Assembly (NCBI GenBank): GCA_043228905.1
Contig: JBHGNT010000005.1
Span: 13,516,001-13,580,000, forward strand
Reading direction: 5' to 3'
DNA length: 64,000 nucleotides
Source: Azolla caroliniana
Taxonomy: Eukaryota; Plantae; Polypodiophyta
Shown piece after piece: positions 1 through 9,355 of the stretch; position 1 is the first letter of the stretch, and the number at the start of each line of letters is the position of its first letter. The notes beneath the pieces were generated by a model, which did not search any database, had not been told where the DNA came from, and worked only from the letters and a program-made list of their open reading frames with translations. The translations under genes were made by a program, and so were the position numbers.

Positions 1-283
1 AGATATATATTATGTGAAGAAAATGTACAGTAGCTAGGAGGCTTAAGACTGGCGTTGAACCGATTTGGTTCGAAATAATGCCTTGTGCCTCCTTTTATAG
101 TGTTCTAAGGAATACTCCTGAAGTTTCTAGAATGTTCCAGAGAAATCTGGAATATACATCAATTTTCTATAATAAAACATAAATGAAAATAATATTTTAC
201 GTATTACAATGTATAATCTAATGGTCAAGAGCTCGACCCATGTAACATAAGGTCATGGGTTCGAGCCTTGCCATATCATGACA
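1..283 (-). repeat. LTR (partial, runs off window), same family as solo-LTR S1; probably Gypsy/chromovirus
   Basis: Reverse complement starts TGTCATGATATGGC at 283 and aligns along its length with 15642-15920. Confidence 0.85.
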
Positions 284-1328
284 GTATTCGCTTGTAGCTT
301 CCAACCCTACTCGTGAAGACGAAAATCCTTATAACATTTGACATACATAACCAAATTAAGCTTCCAAAGACTCGATGGAAAGCCCTCGGAACACTCTTTC
401 CAAGGAGCTATAGAGAGTCCAAAAGGGACCCAATATTTGAGAGTTATGAGCAAAACACCCTGCATTGCTAGCCCTAAAACACTGAAGAAGACAGAATGCA
501 ATTGGAGAATCTCTATTGCCGGAAAGAAACCACCCCCCCCTTTACCATATGCGTGTTCTTTGATTACCCCCTTATAACAATAATCCATTCCCTTCTTATA
601 GTAACTGGATGCTTTTGCATGTGCACCATGTGGCGCACATGTACAAAAGCTTTTTCATGTGCGTTATATGGTACACATGTAGTACATTACATTGTTTCGA
701 CTATAAATATTTGTTCAAATAAAATAATGCATATAAAATCCCTAATAAAAAAAATACTAGACCTTAACTATCTGGTCAGATTGATTAGTCAATTCATGTC
801 TGAAGGAGGGAAAAATCTCAAAGAACTCACTTTCCCTACGAAAGTATCCAAGTATTTGCGTGTAGCTCTAAACCCTACCCGTGAAGACGAAAATCCTTAT
901 AACGATTCACCGACGTAACCAAATTAAGCTTCCAACCCTCGATGGAAAGCCCCTAGAAGACACTTTCGAAGGAGCTATAGAACATCGAAAAGGGACATCA
1001 GAGTTGAGAGTTATGAGCAAAACACCCTGTGTATCTAACCTTACAACACTAAAGAAGAAAGAATGCAACTGGAGAATCTCTATTACTAGAAAATACCACC
1101 CCCCCCCTTTACCATATGTGTCTTCTTTGATTACCTCCTTATAACAATAATCCATTCCCTTCTTATAGGAAATGGATGCTTTTACATGTGGGCCATGTGG
1201 CGCACATGTAGAGAAGCATTTGCATGTTCATTATATGGTGTGCATGCAATACATTACATGCTTTCGACTATAAATATTTGTTCAAATAAATAATGCATAC
1301 AAAATCCATAATAAAAATAATACTAAAG
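284..1328. repeat. Diverged tandem dimer, period about 568 bp
   Basis: gtattcgcttgtagc...gtgaagacgaaaatccttataac at 284 recurs at 852; ORF pairs 338-577/881-1144 and 307-588/907-1155 are paralogous by-products. Confidence 0.9.
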
Positions 1329-1736
1329 TTTTGAGTGGATAGGCACAACCTAATCCAGAGCGAAGAACCGGATCGGTGTCCGGAACGAAGATCCGAATCG
1401 TAGAGCTGGATTGTAACCGGTAGGCCATTGGAGGCCTACAATCCTAGCCTAGTACATAGACATATATTTAGGAGTCAATGTTAGTATTTGGGTACGAGCA
1501 TTGAAGTACTTGTCAGTACTTTTGTTAGTCCTTTTAAGGACTTGTATAAAAGTGCTCATTGAGCACATTGTATGTACAAAGTGTTCATTGTTTTTGAATT
1601 TGAGTTTACGTTTTGCACTCTTTGTCTCTCCCACGTACTGTGTATTTTCAAGCTTTCCATTAAACCTTGTCCTTGTTTTTTCCGTTGTCATCCGGCTAAG
1701 CTAGTTTGTCTACGCTTCCACACATTAGGTTTTACA
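1329..1736 (+). repeat. 5' LTR of Copia A
   Basis: Starts TTTTGAG (family consensus TGTTGAG), has TATAAAA box, ends TTTACA directly before the PBS; homologous to 32670-32918 plus 63354-63425. Confidence 0.85.
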
Positions 1737-1748
1737 TGGTATCAGAGC
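1737..1748 (+). promoter_or_regulatory. PBS (tRNA-iMet) of Copia A
   Basis: TGGTATCAGAGC. Confidence 0.95.
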
Positions 1749-1835
1749 GTGAGGGTTGAAAATCCTCAGTTGCCGACAAAAAGCACTAGATAGATGAAAA
1801 CCTAACTTCTGATAAACAACAGACAGAAAAAAGAA

Positions 1836-3677
1836 ATGGACAGAGGAATGGCTAGCTCACTTCCAACGGAGAAGCTCGACAGAAATAACAACGCATCTTG
1901 GTCATACAAGATGCACCAGTACTTGCTCGTGCATGGATATTGGTGCTATGTTCAAGGAGTGAATGAAGTAGTGCAAGAGCCGGCACACAAGGACTTCCTA
2001 ACATGGGAGCAAGGAATGAGGAGAGTGTTGTACTACCTCACTTCCAATGTGCACGATCAAATGCTCGGCTACATCAAAGATGCGAAAACGCCGAAAGAAG
2101 CCTAGGAAAATCTGAAGAAGATTTTAGCCATAAGTACCACTGCCCGTAAGTTGCAGTTCCGGCAAGCGCTCAACAACATCCAACAAAGGGACATATCGGT
2201 TACACACTATACCACCAAGGTAAAGGAGATCTACGACAGTGGACGAAGATGACATGGTCCAGATCTGCATCAGTGGTCTGGCATAGAGGTACGGGCCTAA
2301 CCGGACTACGATTTGTACCTAGGACAAGCCATCATTTTTCTTCGAGTTGCAATTGATGTTGATGGTCGAAGAAAAAGAAGCCAGTGGGTCGAGGACCACT
2401 CAATCAAACAGTCAGATGTTGTACACGGAGGCAGATCGGCCCCGTGGGCGTGGAGGATGAGGTGGATCGACACGCAATAGTGGCGGCCGACAAGAGCAGA
2501 ATCGGAGGCACGAAGATAGTGCCGACAATAGTTCCGGTCCCTCCACAAGTAGGGGGAATTAAGGTGGCACTGGGAACTGGCAATTGAAAACCAAAGCAGA
2601 ATGTTGGTACTATGGAAAAAATAGCTACAAGGAAAGTGAGTGCTGGAAGAAGCGCCGCCGATTCATACAAATCAACATCCGGCAAGGCCGGACAAGGGAA
2701 TCGGCAAAGCTCGCACTACGCATAGGGATACAAAGGATTCGGAACCAGAAAGATCGGAAAAGGGTCAACCTTTGTGATGAAGCACAAGGCGAACTCCATG
2801 ATGAAGACCACTTCCAAGTTGGAGGAAGTGTGGTATGTTGACTCTGGGGCATAGAACCATATGCTGAGCCATGAAGAGTGGTTCTCGTATTTGGAGAAAC
2901 CGGAGCAACCGGGAGTGGTTGAAATCAAAGACGACACTCCACACCCGATCGAACATGTCAAGGAAGTTGCCCTCAGTCATGTCAGAAAAAATGGGAAGCT
3001 TATGAACGTGCTTCACGTCTTGACAATCACAAAGAACCTAGTGTCGATTGGGAAGATCATCGACCAGGGGATGCAAGTTTGATTCACGCATCTTGGGTGC
3101 TTCATCGAAGAAGAGGGCCAAATCATGATGCAAGGGTGTCGGGACGGGAGGATTTTCATCCTCGACACTAATGATGTTGGCACCGCTTTGTTAATGAAAG
3201 GACCGAAAGTCAAATCGAACTTATGGCACAAGCGGACTAGTCTCGTTAATTTTCAAAGGCTTCAGGACCTGCAATCGAAATAGGTTGTATTCGGATTGCC
3301 GAAATTTAGTGGCCGAAAGGCCCAAATATGTGAAGCCTACCAGCTTGGGAAGCAATGCCGACTTCCATTCCCTAACGAGCGAAACCGACGCCGGAACAAG
3401 CTCATCTTGATATATTCAAATTTATGGGGACCGACATAGTATGTTAGTATTGGCGGGAGTCGATATTTCGTCTCCTTGATCGATGACTACAACCGACACA
3501 CATGGTTCCCTCATTGAGAAGAAGAGTGAAGTCTTCAACTATTTTTAGAACCTACAAAGTATTGTAGAACGTCAAACAGAGAGGAATATAAAGTGCCTGC
3601 AGTCGGATGGCGGGAAAGAGTACTTTTCCAGCCAATTCAATAGCTATATGCAATAGAAGTGAATTCAACGAGAATTC
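1836..3677 (+). pseudogene. Copia A gag-protease-integrase N-part (degenerate)
   Basis: MDRGMASSLPTEKLDRNN..WSYKMHQYL; ECWY zinc-knuckle remnant; WYVDSGA protease motif; stops and frameshifts; ends at REF. Confidence 0.9.
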
Positions 3678-3708
3678 TGTTGAGTAACAAGCTCCACATC
3701 GGGTGCGT

Positions 3709-4431
3709 TGTCGCGTTGTTACGCGCGTGCGTGTAGAAGGGAGGGACCACGGGGGTCTCGGATGAGAGAGAAAGGGATGTTGAGAAGACGATTCCAGACG
3801 CGTCCCGAAGGCAACCAAACACGAGAGAGAGAGAGAGCTACACCAACTCTTATACACAGGAAACAAGGGGGGGGTGTTGTGCTCCCGACACCAGCCAATA
3901 CACCGATATGCACAAACAAACACGAATGTATGTATATATATTACAGGGAGAGATACAACCTCAGCTTCGAGCCGGACCAAGATAGGTTATAGCAGCAGAT
4001 TGTTGCCAAGCCGCCGATCGGGGGAGCCCACGGGCTTGTCGCGCCAAGCAGGGTCTTGCACAGGAGACCGAGAAAAAGCAAACCTTAAGCAAACCAAAAG
4101 GGGGGGGGAGAAGAAGAACAAGAAACCCTAGGCGAAACCCTAAAATAAAACAGGGTGAAGACCAAGAAAACTACCAAACCCTAGACCTACGTGGTATACC
4201 CTTCCTAACTGAAAATGGGCAACCCCTCTACAAGGGACCATCCCTTCCTGTTATAGAACAAGGAGAGGGAGGCGTAACAATGTGGGATAAATCCCTTATT
4301 ACATGGGATCCTCTGTCTCGACTTAACTCCTACTATTCACACATTCTTACAAGGGTAAGTGCACATGGTGCACTCCGCCGATTCTTCTGATATCCCCCGG
4401 TTTCTCACTATGGCCCAGAATCTTCACAATA
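3709..4431 (-). repeat. 3' LTR of element C
   Basis: Direct repeat of 7778-8519. Confidence 0.92.
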
Positions 4432-4959
4432 TCCGCTCCCACCAAACCGCACATCCACCGGTATGTGCCGAGTCTGGAGAAAGGTGCAAGATTCGGGCCG
4501 GTGAGAAACCGATCCTCCGTGACCAGCATCCCGGCTTGCCGCGTCGGCCACTGCCGGTTTGAACCGTCGGTTCCGGTTCGTCCTTCGCGCTTGCCTCTCC
4601 ATAGGCTCGTTCGACCTGTAAATAGGTCATCTGCCACGACCCCGTAGTACGCTGTTGTCGGTGCCTCTGCTGTTGCCGCCTTTGTCCCCTTTCCGCCACC
4701 TTCCATTACCCTCAGTCTCACGTAGCCATGTTGGCCGAACAGCCGGGGTCTCTGGGCAGGTGTGAAGGATCCTTCTAGGGCCTCCGTTTTGTTAGGTCAC
4801 CGACTCGTGTACCAATTGCATCTGGTCTTTGTCTTTCCGACTCTACCGGTTGGGCTCGTAGCCGATTCGTGTTCCCGTCGTCCTCTTCTGTTGGTCACGC
4901 TCACCTGCCGCCACCGATCTCTACTATAGGACTCACACCGACTCTCGGGTTGACCGCCG

Positions 4960-6310
4960 GATCGGTGTGAGGATCTCTGTAGATCGCCCTTTCTACCTTT
5001 GGTTGCCTTCGTCCCCTCGTCGCCACCGTCAATATCTTGGCCTTACGTCAGATCTGATGCTGACTACCGAAGTCTCTAGATCCGGTGTGAAGGATCCTCC
5101 TTGGGCTTTTCGTATCTCGGACCCTTATGCCGGGTCATCTCTCTCCGCATGTTGAGAGGGTGGCTCGCTCCACACCCTCTCCCATGGTACCGACGTATCG
5201 TGTTCCCGGCCTCTTCGTAGGCCTGCTCTCTTCCTCCCTTCCAGAACAGTTATCCAGAAGTCCGCTCCGCCCGGTTCTCGTCTGGGTCCGTCCGTCACTC
5301 TCGGGATTGCCGGGTCCCGTTCTCCTGCCGCCACCATCAGTATCTTGGTCTTACATTGGATCCGATGCCGACCGCCGAAGTCTCTAGATCCGGTGTGAGG
5401 TGACCTATAGGACCGGCCTATCCCTGCCTTCCGTTGCCTTCGTCCCCTCGCCGACACCGTCAATATCTTGGTGTTACGTCAGATCCGATGCCGTCCGCCG
5501 AAGTCTCTAGAACCGGTGTGAAGGATCCTCCTCGGGCTCTTCATATCTTGGACCCTTATCCCAGGTCGTATATCTCCGCATGTCAAAAGGGTAGCTCGCT
5601 CCACACCCTCTCCCGTGGTACCGACGTACCGTGTTCCCGGCCTCTTCGTAGGCCTGCTCTCTCTTCCTCCCTTCCGAAACGGTTATCCGGAAGTCCGCTC
5701 CGCCCGCTTCTCATCTGGGTCCGTCTGTCACTCCGCATTGCTGGGTCCCGTTCTCCTGCCACCACTATCAGTATCTTGGTCTTACGTCGGATCCGATATC
5801 GACTGCCGAAGTCTCTAGACCCGGTGTGAGGTGACCCATAGGACCGGCCTTTCGTTGCCTTCTGACCTCATCCCCTCGCCGGCACGGTCAGTCTCTTGGT
5901 CTTACGTCGGATCCGTTGCCGACTGTCGAAGTCTCCAGATCCGGTGTCAATTATCCTCCTCGGGCTTTCCGTATCTCTGACCCTTATCCCGAGTCTTGCT
6001 TCTTTGCATGTTGAGAGGGCGGCGTGCTCCGCACCCTCTCCCATCTCGGCATCCTCATGTCGATTCTAGCCCATAGGACTGGCGTTTCGTTGCCTTCTGA
6101 CCTCGTCCCCTCGCCGACACCGTTAGTCTCTTGGTCTTACGTCGGATCCGTTGCCGACCGCCGAAGTCTCCAGATCTGGTGTGAAGGATCCTCCTAGGGC
6201 TTGCCGTATCTCTGACCCTTATCCCGGGCCTTCCTTCTCTGCATGTTGAGAGGACGGCTTGCTCCGCACCCTCTCCCATATCGGCATCCTCATGCCGATT
6301 CTAGCCCCGA
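4960..6310. repeat. Internal composite tandem array of element C
   Basis: Core cgaagtctctagatccggtgtga recurs six times between about 5070 and 6185, with a higher-order period of about 431 bp. Confidence 0.85.
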
Positions 6311-7083
6311 TCGAACAATCCATGACCGGATCGCGCTCCAACCGAATCGGAGTGTCGTGCTATTTAGTCCCCAGTCGGGTCGATTCTTGGTCTCTTCGTC
6401 GACCTTCTCACGAGCCATTTCCCATCCATCTTCGTTGGCATCATGCTAGGACTCCTCGACACCGTCATCCATCTCCTCGGTCTCACATGGGCATGAGGGC
6501 CCGAATGCCGAGTTCTCTGGAATCGGTCCTGAGGGCTCTTGTTCGTTTCTTCCCCGTATCGTCTCGCCAGTGATTCTCGGTCTCTCGCCGCCGCCTTCCT
6601 CCTCTTCTTGGGACTCACGTAGGCACTTGGGCCCGACTACCATCGTCTCGGGAGCAAGTGCAGGAAGATGCGTAGAATCACCCTTGTCCTATTTACGCCC
6701 TTGTCCGTAGCCACCGGCTCTTCGTGGTCGGTGGTCATCTTCTTACTGATCGCGCAAGCCCCGCTTGGGCTTGCTTCTCCAATGTCCGGAGTTTCAGGCT
6801 AATGCGCCTGAAACCGCCGGTCCTAACGTTCCAATTCCGCGATCAATATCTCGGCCTTGTCCTCGGCCGTTCTATCTCCGCAAGTCGAGAGGGCGTTATG
6901 TTCCGCACCCTCTCCCGTGGTACCTTCGTACCGATCTTCTGCCTTCTTGTGGGGCATATTCGTCTCCTCAGCCTCAGCCTGCGGCCTTGATCTTTCCTCT
7001 TCCTCGAGAGCTGCGTACACCTCCGCAATCTTGGCCCCGAAGCCGAGCCTTGCCAACTCCCTTTGCCGTTCGGCCTCTTCCCA

Positions 7084-7740
7084 CTATAATGGCACGCCAT
7101 CGCGTACCTTCCGCTTAGCCTTCTTGGCTCTTTCGTCATCTAGTGTTTGGTATACTCTTCTGACCTCCGACCAGTCCTCCATAAGACCATTCGCGTCGTC
7201 CTCGTCTTCGAGCTCAATCCCGATGGCCTCCCGTTCCGCTCGGTCGATCGACCTGACAAACAACAGGATTTTGTCCGCCCCCACCAAACCTTGTTCTCGC
7301 TGCGGGAGCCGAGCAAGCCACTGCTCGAACTCTCGGAATACCTTCATTGCGCCCCGATGGGTCTTCACTGATGCAACCCACTGGTCGAAGTCGAGTCTTC
7401 CCCGGCTCTTTCTCCGTCTTCCATATGCTTGCATGAGCGCCTCTACAAAGGCCTCCCACGAACTATGAGCTTCTCGGAGCTCCTTCACTTCCGCGTGCAT
7501 ACAAACGACGACGACCCGACAGAAGAACTCCAGCCTCAACGCCTTATCTACGTCTCGGTCCTCCATTTCTGCATTGTAGGATTCCAAGTAAAATGGGACT
7601 TTGTCCCCGTTGAAACGGCCGACTCTTTCGACCACTCACTCAACCGCTTGTTGTGCCGTCTCTCGTCTTGTTGTTGCTCGTCCAAACTCCCTCACCGCTT
7701 CGACAAAAAGTTGTGCGAAGTTGTCTTCTTCTAGCTCCAT
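7084..7740 (-). pseudogene. Gag-like ORF of element C
   Basis: ATG at 7740 just downstream of the PBS, one internal TGA, then RVGRFNGDKVPFYLESY..WEAFVEALMQAYG..EFEQ..LLFVRS, resembling a retrotransposon capsid region. Confidence 0.7.
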
Positions 7741-7755
7741 TCTCCCTTGCAGCCC

Positions 7756-7773
7756 TTCACGTCGGGTTCACCA
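7756..7773 (-). promoter_or_regulatory. PBS complementary to plant tRNA-Trp(CCA)
   Basis: Plus strand TTCACGTCGGGTTCACCA matches the plant cytosolic tRNA-Trp 3' end as I recall it; lies 4 nt from the LTR. Confidence 0.8.
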
Positions 7774-7777
7774 AAGA

Positions 7778-8519
7778 TGTCGCGTCGTTACGCACGTGCG
7801 TGTAGAAGGGCAGGACCACGAGGGTCTTGGACGAGAGAGGAAGGGATGCGGAGAAGACGATTTCGGACGCATCCCGGAGGCAACCAAACATGAGAGAGAG
7901 AGAGAGAGAGAACTACATCGACTCTTATACACAGGAAACAAGGGGGAGGGTTGTGCTCCCGACACCACCCAATACACCAATATACACAAACAAACACGTA
8001 TGTATGTACATATATTACAGGGAGAGATACAACCCCGGCTTCAAGCTGGACCAAGTTAGGTTATAGCAGCAGACTGCTACCAAGCCGCCGATTGGGGAGC
8101 TCACGAGCTTGTCGCGTCGAGCGGGGTCTTGCACAGGAGACCGAGCAGAAGCAAACCTTAAGCAAACCAAAAGGGGGGGGGGGGGGGGGGGGGGGGGGAA
8201 GAACAACAAGAAACCCCAGGTGAAACCCTAAAACAAAACAGGGTGAAGACCAAGAAAACTACCAAACCCTAGACCTATGTGGTATACCCTTCCTAACTGA
8301 AAATGGGCAACCCCTCTACAAGGGACCATCCCTTCCTTTTATAGAACAAGGAGAGGGAGGCGTAACAATGTGGGATAAATCCCTTATTACATGGGATCCC
8401 CTGTCTCGACTTAACTCCTACTATTCACACGTTCTTACAAGGGTAAGTCCACATGGTGCACTCCGCCGATTCTTTAGATATCCCCCGATTTCTCACTATG
8501 GCCCGGAATATTCACGACA
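7778..8519 (-). repeat. 5' LTR of element C
   Basis: TGTCG...CGACA termini; direct repeat of 3709-4431; contains a G26 run at 8173-8198. Confidence 0.92.
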
Positions 8520-9078
8520 ACGTGATACGGCGCCGTAACCTAGTGCGTAGAATGGACGCGCAAGATCGTACGCATAACTTGGCCGTATCGGTGCGTAAAC
8601 CGAAAGGCTGTTAGAGAGATATTCGTTGTAAGGAATAATTTTGGAAGTGAGTGTCGTGGCTCATTTATGAGCGGTCAAGTATTGTTAGTACTTGTGTCAG
8701 CCCAATTGTCAGGGCTTGTATAAAAGGTGCTCACTTTGCACGATGTATGTATAGAGGGTCATCTTTTGAATTTGAGTTTTGTGTTCTGCTCTCTCTCTCT
8801 CTCTCTTTGTCTCTCCCTCTCTCCATCTCCATCTTTGCATTTTCTGTGTTTTACCGAACTGTTGTTTTCCAAACTATTTACTCTGTTCTTGAGTATACGC
8901 TTCCGTAAGGAATAATTTTGGGAGTGTGTCGTGGCTCATTTATGAGTGGTCAAGTACTGCCAGTACTTGTGTCAGCCCAATTGTCAGGGCTTGTATAAAA
9001 GGTGCTCACTGAGCATGATGTATCTTTTGAATTTGAGTTTTGTGTTCTGCTCTCTTTCTCTATCTCTCCATCTCTTTG

Positions 9079-9111
<33 letters not shown>

Positions 9112-9231
9112 GACTCTCGCTCTTTCCATCTCCATCTCTGCGTTTTCTGTGTTTTACCGAACTGTCTTTTTCCGAACTATTTACTCTATTCTTGAGCATA
9201 CGCTTCCGCACACACACGATATTCTTTTACA
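8520..9231 (+). repeat. Remainder of the Copia B 5' LTR, with an internal tandem duplication of about 280 bp
   Basis: Aligns to 14178-14572; the block gtaaggaataatttt...tacgcttcc is present twice. Confidence 0.9.
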
Positions 9232-9355
9232 TGGTATCAGAGCGCGAGGGTTGAAGTCCTCTGCAGCCGACAAGAAAAGCCCGTGACAAAACATAGTTGA
9301 AGTTGTTCTTCGTTTTCTTTTCGGAAAAGAAAAAGATAGTGACAAAGACAAAGGA

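Larger units (their letters stand above)
3709..8519 (-). mobile_element. Element C: non-autonomous Gag-only Gypsy-type LTR element inserted in the 5' LTR of B
   Basis: LTRs 3709-4431 and 7778-8519; 4-bp TSD GCGT/ACGT; tRNA-Trp PBS; purine tract GGTGGGAGCGGA (minus strand) next to 4431; no PR/RT/RH/IN motifs seen. Confidence 0.85.

Noticed and set aside
211-283. Functional tRNA gene
   Set aside because: A/B boxes are present, but acceptor, anticodon and T stems do not pair well and it lies within an LTR; reported only as tRNA-like
307-1155. Paired 80-90 aa ORFs as duplicated small genes
   Set aside because: They are by-products of the 568-bp repeat, appear on both strands and show no recognisable domain
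4960-6310. Interspersed 20-25 bp cores as CRISPR-like repeats
   Set aside because: The intervening segments are themselves repeated, so this is a higher-order tandem array
7756-7773. tRNA-Trp gene fragment
   Set aside because: Only the 18-nt 3' end including CCA is present, next to an LTR, so it is a PBS
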